64,000 nucleotides of DNA from Azolla caroliniana (lineage: Eukaryota; Plantae; Polypodiophyta). A program made the position numbers and the translations under genes. Below are positions 18,181-28,837 of the stretch, piece by piece (position 1 is the stretch's first letter; each line of letters begins with the position of its first letter). Below the pieces are notes generated by a model that was given only the letters and a program-made list of their open reading frames with translations, was not told where the DNA came from and ran no database searches. The DNA lies in the NCBI GenBank assembly GCA_043228905.1, contig JBHGNT010000021.1:4588001-4652000 (forward strand), read 5' to 3'.

Positions 18181-18672
18181 TGTCATAGACAGGATAATGC
18201 CACATGGAATGGTGGGGGTTGAACCCATGACATTCTGGTCTTATTGGGCAACCTTACCAATTGAGCTACATCCATCTATGCATTATTGTATTGTGTAAAA
18301 CTCAACTTATTTCATTATAGATTGATCACTAGAACTTTCAAGAACCTTCTAGAGAATGCATCTTCATGTACTCTCTAGAAGTTTCCATGAACTCTCTAGA
18401 AGTATTCCAGCTTTCATGCATACCACCACATTCTTGTATAAATACTGGGGTGCACCTTGATTACAATCAAGGTGAACAACACCAGTTACGAAAGCATATA
18501 CTGTTCTTGTTTATTTGTCTATCCTCTCTCTTGGTTGTTCTCTTGTCTATGGTCTCTCTCTCCCGCTATCTCTTAATATTGTGCATCGTCTACTTGTCCT
18601 TGACAATCTTGTGATCTTGCTTATGCTCTCGCTCTCTCTTAGTACTTAGCCTCATTCCACCCATTCGTGACA
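18181..18672 (+). repeat. T1 5' LTR
   Basis: Near-identical to 22884-23372; TATAAATA at 18437. Confidence 0.93.
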
Positions 18673-18674
18673 GT

Positions 18675-18685
18675 TTGTTCACCTT
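18675..18685 (+). other. Self-priming primer-binding site of T1
   Basis: TTGTTCACCTT is the exact reverse complement of AAGGTGAACAA (18469-18479), 32 nt downstream of the LTR TATA box; no TGG tRNA-type PBS is present. Confidence 0.85.
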
Positions 18686-18912
18686 CCCATTTTCTAAGCC
18701 TCAACATGTCGGATCTTATCGAGAGAATAAATCACCTCATGGAAGCCATGCATCAACTTCAACTTGAGAATGACAACCTTAGGGAATCGTTACAGAAGCT
18801 TCAAGTTGGAACACTGATGGAACTCGACGAAAAAAAAAACTCTCCTCCTACATCAACAAATGTTCTACCTATAGAGCTTGGTTCCCCGTCTATGCTTTCT
18901 CTGACTCCTTCA

Positions 18913-19531
18913 TATGAAAGTGTTTTTAGAATTCAAGGTATTGAAGTCTACAGGACTATAAGGTATGGTGCGTTCACATCTGCAGGGTAAGAACACGAAC
19001 CAAGGTCTTGAGGATAAGTCAAACTAAAAGCAAGACACGTGGAGAAAAGTAAAAGAAGAAAAAAGTGGGGTACCAAAACACAGTCTGAAATGAACGATCA
19101 TAACTCATTCGTTTGGATGCCAAATATTATGTTCAAATATGGGTTAGAAAGCTTATGAAGAGAGCTATCCGTAGATTTTTAAAACTCTTAATTTGGAGCT
19201 TGGATAAGGGAGATATGACGATTAGAAGATCATTGTGTCATAGCTAAGAATAGGAGATGGAAAACTTCTAAAAAAAGCGTAAAAAAGAAAGCAAGGGAAA
19301 GTTATCTAGTTGAGAAGACTTTTATATAAAAGAAGAAGAGTAAGGTAGTGAGGGAAGAGTCTCTTTCTTGTGGTGATTTCTTTCCAATTCATGTAGTGTT
19401 GTTTGAATTCTTATCAATAGATATTTGTAGTTGTATCTTCTTTCTCTCTTCCTTTTTTCATGATCAATAGATCTTTGTAGTTTTAGATTTATATATCTTC
19501 TTTATCTTTTCTTTCTATCATCACTCTATCA
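18913..19531. mobile_element. Probable solo LTR inserted in T1 gag
   Basis: 619-bp non-coding insert ending ...CTATCA, flanked by CTTCA / CTTCC; removing it restores the gag frame TPS-HPTTSLEPN; contains a TATA-like TATATAAAAG followed by a pyrimidine-rich tract. Confidence 0.6.
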
Positions 19532-22500
19532 CTTCCCATCCCACTACAAGTTTGGAGCCCAATATTAGTTTACCTCACAAGTTCGATGGCACGAGGAAGC
19601 ACTTCCGAGGGTTCATAAATCAGATCAAGCTTATTATCCAACTACAACCTCAACGGTATGCGGATGATTTTCGTCAAGTTGATCTCATTGGGGCCCTTCT
19701 ATCCGGAGCTGCACAAGCCTGGTTTGCACCGTTGGTCAAAACTTCATCACCACTTCTACAAAATTTCCCGCCTTTTGGGCAGAGTTTGAGGCAACATTTG
19801 GGGATACGGACCAACGCCGAACTGCCATCACCAAACTCTATTCATTACATCAAGGTATGCGTCTGGTATCCGTTTATGCCTCTGAATTTAGACAATTAGC
19901 ATGTGATGTTCAGTGGGATGGACAAGCTCTCTGCGACCATTTTCGTCAAGGCCTTCGAAGTGAGATTAAAAATTTATTACTCAACTTTCCAGAGCCTACG
20001 TCATTGTCGCAAGCCATCACGCAAGCAGTTAGTTGTGACAATCGGTTGTTTGAGCTTCGTCAAGAGGAACGAGCAACTTCAAGGTGGAAACCCTCTTCGA
20101 GATATTCTCCATCGTCATCATACGATGACCCCGTATCGATGGAAATTGATCGAAATCGCGACCCACCACTCACCGACGGCCCCAACAACGGGAAAACGAC
20201 GGTGTCCAACTACAGTAGGAGCCATGTGGTTGGACAGTCCGCATTCGTGTCGCTCCCATAGTTCGGCTACATCGACGGAAGATTTCTCCTTTCCGGTAAA
20301 CATCCATTTCAAGTCGATTTCAATTAGACCTACGGGGAGCATAAAATTTGGTACGGATCAAACCTGGAGACAAATGGAAAACCGCCTTTAGAACGCGCTA
20401 CGGACATTTCGAGTATAAGGTAATGCCTTTCGGCCTCACTAATGCTCCTGCAGTATTTCAACATATGATGAATGACATATTCCGAGAATATCTAGATCAC
20501 TTTGTTGTGATCTATCTAGATGATATCTTGGTCTTCTCTTTGAACATCAAGGAGCATACTCGACATGTCAGGTTAGTCCTCGCCAAACTTCGCGGGCACG
20601 AACTTTATGCTAAAAGTGAAAAATGTGAATTTGATCGTACTTCTGTAGAGTTTCTTGGGTATGTCATTTCAACATAGGGAATCATAATGGACACACGAAA
20701 AGTCAAGACTATCCAAGAGTGGGCTGTCCCAACTCGGGTATGAGATGTGCAATCATTCCTTGGTTTTGCCATTTTTTATCGTCGCTTTATCAAAGGATTC
20801 TCAGTAATCGCACAACCTCTCATTTCTCTTACCCCGCAAGGATGCTACTTTTGAATGGACAACAGCTGCCCAAAAGGCGTATGACTTGCTGAAACAAGCC
20901 TTTACTATGGCACCAATCCTTTTACATCCTGACCCAACTAAGCCTTTCCAAGTCAAAACGGATGCTTCCGATTTCGCCATTGGGGCGATCCTCTCCTTGC
21001 TAGATGAGGTTGGTGTGCTTCACCTGGTGGCTTACTACTCCCGCAAATTTACGGCCCCAGAAATCAACTAACCCATATACAACAAGGAGCTTCTCGCTAT
21101 TATTGTTGCTTTTGAAGAATGGAGACCCTATTTAGCCGGGGCGCAACACCGTATCCAAGTGATTACTGATCACAAAAACCTAATATACTTTTCTACCACA
21201 CGAACCTTAAATCGTAGATAGGCGCGATGGTCGACCTTCTTGGCAGACTATGATTTTGAGATAATCTTTCGACCCAGCGCTGAACACACGACGACCAATG
21301 TCTTATCCCGTCGCTCTGAGTTCGAGCTCACTCCGAAGGATGAAGCCTATGTTTAGTACTAGAGTTTGTTAAAGCCTAACCAATTCTACAACTTTGCGAC
21401 TTGCTTGCTCCAGGATGACTCTTTGCTCAAGCAAATAACAGAAGCCACTACGACTGACAAGTTCGCCATAGAGGTCAAGGCAAGTATCACAAACCCCTCC
21501 CATGAACCCAAAAGACCTGATTTTGCTCGTTTTACAATTCAAGATAATCTTTTCTATGTCCCAGAAGGTCCTTGTCGGACAAGTGTGCTTCACGAGGGTC
21601 ACGATGATCCACTTGTTGGTCATTTTGGCGTTGCGAAAACCTTGGAGTTGATATCTCGGGGATACTGGTGGCCACAACCATGGAAATTGATCAAAGAGTT
21701 CGTTAAGTCATGCGATGTTTGTGTTCACTCTAAAGCATCTCATCATCGACCATATGGTCTCCTTCGCCCTCTCCCAATCCCCAAACGGCCTTGGGCCTCT
21801 CTTTCCATGGATTTCATCATTGACCTTCCCTTTGTTGGAGGTTATGACTCGGTATTCGTCATGGTCGATCGTTTCACCAAGATGGCTCATTTTGCTCCAT
21901 GTGCCAAAACCATTACCAGAGAGAAGACAACCGATTTGTTTTTCAAAAATGTGGTTTGACTACATGGACTCCTGAACAATATTCTTCTTATCAAGGACCA
22001 CAATTTGTTTCCAATTTCTAGCGGCGCCTTCTGCAAACCTTTGGTTATACTGTGAATCTATCTTCCGCTTATCATCCGCAAACTGATGGAAAAACGGAGC
22101 GGGTTAACCGAATCTTGGAACATTACTTGCAGTGTTCTCTTAGTTACTAACAAGACAACTAGGTTGACCTTCTCCCACTTGCCAAGTTTCCCTACAACAA
22201 CTCTCTGCATGCATCTATGGGAGTTACTCCATTTTTCACCAACTACAATCTCCACCCCCGCTTCAACATTTTGCTTCCCTCTGACTCTGTCAATCCTTCT
22301 GCGGAGGATTGGGCACGTCTCTTGGAGGACATACATCATGATCTTTCCTTGGAGCTCACCCTCGCTGGCGAACGCTACAATGAGCAAGCTGAACGTCATC
22401 GCTTAGATGCTCCCCAGTTTGAGGTAGGAGACTTTGTTTGGCTTCTCCGTCGCAATATTGCCACCACTCGTCCTTGTCCGAAACTTGATTACAAGAAGTT

Positions 22501-22883
22501 AGCCCCTTTCCGAATCGTTGAGAAAATTGCTTCCATGGTTGTCCCTTAGAGCTACCATCGCACTTTTGTATTCATAATGTATTCCATGTCTCCCTTCTAG
22601 AACCTCACCATATATCTGAAAACCCCGGTCAACACCCATCTCCTCCACCACCAATCCAACTCTCAATTGGAGAAGAATATAAGGTCGACCAAATTCTTGA
22701 CTCTCGTCTCTTCCGTCGCCAGCTTCAATACCTTGTCCTCTGGAAAGGGTACCCGATCTCCGAAGCAACATGGGAGCCGGCACATCATCTCAGGCATGCC
22801 CCGGACATAGTTCAAGAATTTCATGAACGTTATCCACAAAAACTGACCGCGGGTCCAAGGAAGTAGCCTTAGAGGGAGGATAA

Positions 22884-23372
22884 TGTCATAAATAGGATGC
22901 CACATGGAATGGTGGGGGTTGAACCCATGGCCTTCTGGTCTTATTGGTCAACCTTACCAATTGAGCTACATCTATCTATGTATTATTGTATTGTGTAAAA
23001 CTCAACTTATTTCATTATAGATTGATCACTAGAACTTTCAAGAACCTTCTAGAGAATGCATCTTCATGCACTCTCTAGAAGTTTCCATGCACTCTCTAGA
23101 AGTATTCTAGCTTTCATGCATACCTCCACATTCTTGTATAAATACTGGGGTGCACCTTGATTACAATCAAGGTGAACAACACCAGTTACGAAAGCATATA
23201 CTGTTCTTGTTTATTTGTCTATCCTCTCTCTTGCTTTTTCTCTTGTCTATGGTCTCTCTCTCCCACTATCTCTTAATATTGTGCCTCGTCTACTTGTCCT
23301 TGACAATCTTGTGATCTTGCTTATGCTCTCGCTCTCTCTTAGTACTTAGCCTCATTCCACCTGTTCGTGACA
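22884..23372 (+). repeat. T1 3' LTR
   Basis: Direct repeat of 18181-18672, preceded by PPT and followed by TSD TTATG. Confidence 0.93.
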
Positions 23373-26300
23373 TTATGTCTCTATTGTGGCGGCCCTGACC
23401 ATTTGATCCACTCTTGCCCAAAAAAGGGACCCCGTCAAACACCACATCGTGTGGATGGGGATGACATTTTCTGCCAACAGGAAAACTCCAATGTCCAATT
23501 GCAGTAGGGGCTGTGCATCTGGACCACAAGAGTCGACAATTATGTCATGGGCCCAATCAACCGACTTCCTCGACAACAAGCTTCACGCTTCCGATCACTC
23601 TTCAATTTGGCTCTACCACTCTGAAGGGAAAAGCTTTGTTGGATTCTGGGGCTACGTTGTGCTTTATTGACATCATGTTTGCATGGAAACACAACATTCC
23701 AAGAAACAAAATAACCGTCCCAATTCTAGTTGAAGTGTTCGACGGTCAAACGCTCTCTTCTGGTGCCATCACATATACAACAATTCCTTTGGGTCTCCAC
23801 ATAGGAGCCCACCAAGAAGAAATTACTTTTAACCTCATCACATCACCTTGACATCCTATCATCTTGGGGTTATCATGGCTTGAGAATCACAATCCAGGCG
23901 ATCTCGCTCCATCAACTTCACCTTGAATTTTCACTCACAAGGGATTACATCCACCCTTCTTCGAGCCAATGCTCCACCATTTGTTTGGCTGCCTACTATG
24001 GTGAGGACTGTCTCAATGGTTGCTCCCACTCATGTTTTAGGGACAACTCCCATTTATGCTCTAGTGAGAACCACATCAATGGTTGCTCCGATTCCATTTT
24101 CTGCTCCAGTGAGGACCACGTCAACGGTCTCTCCCACTCATGTTTATGCTCCGGTGAGGACCGGGTTATCGGTCATTCCCATTTCCTCTTCAATGAGAAC
24201 CATGTCAACGATTGCTCTAATAGAAACAACATCGATAGTTAGTTCCGTGTCGGCCTCAGAAACAGTTCCAACTCTTGCTCGGGTAAGCGATATAGTGATG
24301 ATTGCATCCATTTCTAATTCTAAGGACATGGCGGTCATGTCCACTCTAGATACTACTCTATGTACGAGCTCTTTTCCATCAAAATACAATGATTTCTCTG
24401 ATGTATTTGAGAAGAAAAATGCTGATCACCTACCTGAACACGCACATACGATTGTCCAATTGACTTGAAAGATGGTGCTTGTCCTCCATTTCGCCCTATT
24501 TATGGGTTATCTGAACCTGAACTCAAGACCCTCAAAATATACATTGAAGAGAATCTCACAAAGGGATTCATTCGCCACTCAAAATCTCCAGCTGGCTCTC
24601 CTATTCTATTTGTCAAAAAGAAAAATGGAACGTTACGCCTATGTATCGACTATCGTGGGCTCAATTGAGTCACAGTTCGAAACCGCTATCCAGTACCTCT
24701 AATTCTCAAACTCCTCGACCGACTTCGGGCTGGGTGTATATTCTCCAAAATCGATCTCAGAGGCGCCTACAACTTGGTGCATATCAAGCTTGGAGATGAA
24801 TGGAAAACGACATTTCGAACCAGGTATGGGCATTTTGAATACATGGTAATGCCATTTGGTCTCACAAATGCTGCTGCTATTTTCCAGCATATGATGAATG
24901 ACATCTTCCAAGAATATCTAGAACAATTTGTGGTCATCTATCTCGACGACATACTTATCTTCTCACAGGACTACGTAGAGCACACCAAGCATGTTCGACT
25001 TATCTTGTCCAAACTTCGGGAACATGGACTTTATGAGAAACCCGAGGTGTGAGTTTGATCAAACCTCAATTGAATTCCTCGGGTATGTCATTTCATTTGA
25101 TGGTCTCACTACAGACGAGAAGAAAGTCCAAACGGTTCAAGAGTGGGAAGTCCCCACCAGGGTCAAGGATGTGCAATCATTTTTGGGTTTTGCCAACTTC
25201 TATCATCGATTCATTCAAGGATTCTCTACATTGACGCAACCACTTATAGCACTCACTCGGAAGGATTCCCTTTTTGCTGGACTCCTACAACCCAACTAGC
25301 ATTTGAGACACTAAAGAAAACTTTTACCTCGGCTCCAGTACTTCTACACCCAGATCTGACCAAACCATTTACGATTGAAACTGATGCTTCTGACTTCGCC
25401 ATCGGTGCCATTCTCTCTCAATCAGATAACAATGGGATTCTTCATCCTGTTGCCTTTTATTCTCGGTAGTTCACACCTCCCGAGATCAACTACCCAGTTT
25501 ATGACAAAGAACTCTCTGCCATTATTGCAGCCTTTGAAGAATGGCGTCCTTACTTAGCAGGCACCCGACAATGTGTCCAGGTGGTGACTGATCACAGGAA
25601 CCTCGTCTACTTCACATGTTACGAAAATGAGAAGCAAGAGTGGCTGAGATGCAGCGGAAGGACTGTGTGTGTGTATGCACGTAAGGCAAAATAGAGAGAG
25701 AGAGAGAGAGAGAGCTTAAGAGAGATAAAAGATTGTATACTACATTAACCAAAATACTTCCAACAGTAACTAAGTTACAAGGGGTTGGTTTAAATACCGA
25801 CTAAACTAGGGCAAGTGCCCTTTCTACTATTTACAAAACTAGCCTGGTATGACCATGAGCTAGTGTGAAACCTATTACTATGGGAAGTTGAGTTTAATTC
25901 TCAACATGCCCCTTCGAACACAACTTCCATCTGTCGAAAAGTTGTTTTGGTTCGGTCTTCGGAATCCGGCTTCCGACATTCGTAATCCTCGAACTGGATT
26001 GTTCGGCTTTTCGGCTTCGTGCTCGGTTCGATTAACTATGTGTTGCGTACTCACGTTGTTGTGAAGAAAACCGTCCACAAGCGGAATCGGTGCACCGGAG
26101 CGTAGGAACTGGCTCTTCATACACGTGCGCCTTATGTTGTACATAGAAGATCCTCGGTAGGTAGGAAGTTAATAGGAAACGACTCCTTCCTTGCCTATAA
26201 AAGGAGGGAGACAAGGAGGGGAGAGGGATCGGGAAGTAAGGGAGGATGAAGTGCTGTCGGATTGTGGGCCGAAGGCTTCTCTCTCTTCCAAACTCCATAG

Positions 26301-26670
26301 CTTCTTTCTGTGCAGGTTTCGGGAGGCTCGCGCTGCTCTGAGGAATGCCCGAGTGCTTCCGGCAGCACCTCCAACCTACTTCTTCCTTTCTGTACGTTTA
26401 GAACAGGCATCGGCATCTGTTCGCCGGCCTGTTCGGTTGTAACCGACTTCGTGCTTGTTGTTTGTCTTGTTTATATATATTTCGACATACATTCGTGTCT
26501 CTCTGTGTCGCTGTCGCACTCGCGTCTCTGCGTCGAAGGGCCATGTCCCTGTGAATCTACGCTCGCACCTTGTGGGTCTCTTCCCCTCTCCTTTTCTCTC
26601 TTGCTCTTCGGTACAGGACCCCCGAGGTCCTGCCTCATTCCACGCATCCGCGAGGGATACCTCGACATCT

Positions 26671-26688
26671 TGGTGAACCCGACGTGAA
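26671..26688 (+). other. Primer-binding site complementary to tRNA-Trp
   Basis: TGGTGAACCCGACGTGAA equals the reverse complement of the plant cytosolic tRNA-Trp 3' end (...TTCACGTCGGGTTCACCA, recalled); identical in B (41984-42001), C (54178-54195) and D (59402-59419). Confidence 0.85.
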
Positions 26689-26710
26689 GGAGGCGGCAGA
26701 AGAGCAGAAG

Positions 26711-28837
26711 ATGAAGGGGTCGGATCTTGCAGAGGCCATGGCTTTGGCCGTGGATCGGATATTGAGTGCACGCAAGGGCACCGGCGCCCTCGACAGAGCC
26801 ATTGAGGCGGTCGTCGGTACGATCGGCCGGTTCAGCGGAAAGGATGCCACGAAGTATTTGGCGTCCTACGGGGCAGAAATGCTGATGCGGGACATTCCGG
26901 AAGAGAGGCGTCTTGCCGGGTTTCCTCGAGTGGCGATGCCGAGCATCCACGCGGAGGTGCTCGAGGTGCGGACGGAGAGCCGTACCTGGGAGGAGTTCGA
27001 AGGCCGACTCCTAGAAAAATACGGGCTGGACGACGCGCTCCGGCTTTCGAAACGGGACTTCATGGAATGGGTGGAGTTCCACGGCAAGGGAAGAAACGTG
27101 ACGGCACTCCTCCGGGAGTTCGAAGAACGCTTTGCGCGCCTTTCGGCGCTTGACCGAGCCGTTCTGGATACGAGCCGGGTCCTACTGTTCGTCAAGTCGG
27201 TGGACGAGCGGGACCGGGGCCAAGTCGGCTCCTTGCTGGAAACCGAGGACGGGCTGACAACCGACTGGGCTGCGGTTAAGAGAGTCTATGGCCGTTTCGA
27301 TAAACGGCGAGAATGGGCTGACAACGGGGCGGCCGGTGCGGGCTGTGTCACAGCAAGGAGGCTTGAACCGGCACCGCAAGTGCGAAGGGAAGAAACCTGG
27401 GAATGGCTCGAAACCGGTCCGGCTTCGACCGGCATGGTCAATGGCTCGTCCGGAGGAGCAGCGCTGGAGGAGTTGACGCGGGCGATAAAGGATCTCCAGA
27501 TCGCCCAGACTCGAAGGGAAGGCGGCGAACCGGCTTGTGACTGACGGCCGGCAGCAGGGAACAAGTGCATGTGGTGTGACGAGGTCGGCCACATCCGGAA
27601 GGACTGCGGCGATTTCGCAGAAGCGTTGAGGAACCGGGTGGTGTACCTGTGGGAAGGCCGGGTGCACGCCGGCGACACCAGGAGGGCCCTGAACCGAAAC
27701 GACGGGCGAGGAGGAATGAAGAGACTGATGGAAGAGGCAGCGGCCCGACACGTGGAGGCCATCCACTACTCGGCGTCGGCCGACATTCGGGTCGGGGGCA
27801 GCGAGGCCCGAAAGGAGGGCAAAGACGGATTCTGGTCGGCAATGCTGGAAGGTCTTGCCGGCGCACGGCTAAGGAAAGATGAAACGGACCACGCTGAGAG
27901 ACGGGTCCGGGAAATAACCGGGTGGAGCGATCCGGTCGAGGAGAAGACGGGCTTTGTAGAAGCCGCCTGCCGGAACTACGAGGCTCTGGTTGAAGACAAA
28001 CGGGTGGGGAAAGCCGGAGCGGCCGGGCCCTCACAAAGGTACGAGACCCGATTCGGGCAACGACGGAACGATGCCGGTGGGTCCAGCTCGCAAGATAACC
28101 CCAGGAAGGGTGGATACCGATTGGGGACGGAAATAGAAAGGACTACGGATCTACGAAAGGTCCTAGAAGAACGGATCCTCGACAGCAAAGTGGAGCTATC
28201 ATTGCGGGAGGTGCTAGGGATCGCCAAGAAGGAGTTCCACGACTCCATTGTAGACTTGGTGAAACGGAAGAGGCTGTCGACGGAGACGGAACCGGAAAGA
28301 CCGGTAGAGGTGCGAACGACGCACATTGACGACTCGGCGTTGGCAGATGAGTGGGTGGAGAGCCACTATTCGAGGCCACACTGGGCCCGAGCGACCACGG
28401 AGACCCCGGTAAAGATCGGAGATGTTCAGGAACCGGTGGTGGCATTGGCGGACCACGGTTCGGAAATAAACCTGATGTCCATGGACTTCTATAAGAAGGG
28501 GAAGTGGCCGATCAACACCAAGCATGGGTGGAAGATACGGGCGGCGACGCGCGCCACCGAGGAACTGCATGGGGCCTGCCCGAACGTGCGAGTCAAGATC
28601 GGCGACGTCGAGATTGACCAGCACTTCTTCGTACAGGAGACGTCCTCGCACCCGGTCATATTAGGTGAACCATACATCACGATGGCGTGGATGGAGACCA
28701 AGGTGCTAGACAACGGTTCGGCCTACGCGAGGGTCAAAAGCCAAGACGGGCGCCATTCGGTCCAATTTCTGACGGTGCGGCCGAACCACGAGAGAAACCG
28801 CGAATCCCTCGGTGGCGAGAACCGGGAGGATTTTTAG
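26711..28837 (+). pseudogene. Element A gag-protease ORF with one premature stop (27542-27544)
   Basis: ORFs 26570-27544 and 27569-28837 are in the same frame; CCHC knuckle CMWCDEVGHIRKDC; protease-like ALADHGSEINLM...VILGEPY; ends EDF-TAG. Confidence 0.88.

Larger units (their letters stand above)
18181..23372 (+). mobile_element. T1: Tcn1/Tf1-like chromovirus with both LTRs, internally deleted
   Basis: LTRs 18181-18672 and 22884-23372 (TGTCA...TGACA); TSD TTATG on both sides; PPT AGAGGGAGGATAA 22871-22883; gag (LPHKFDG), RT YLDD, RNase H, integrase, chromodomain (~22675-22830). Zinc knuckle, protease and RT N-terminus are missing. Confidence 0.93.

Noticed and set aside
18204-18275. Possible functional tRNA gene
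   Set aside because: D-stem and anticodon arm do not pair and the sequence is duplicated as part of both LTRs; reported only as a tRNA-like module.
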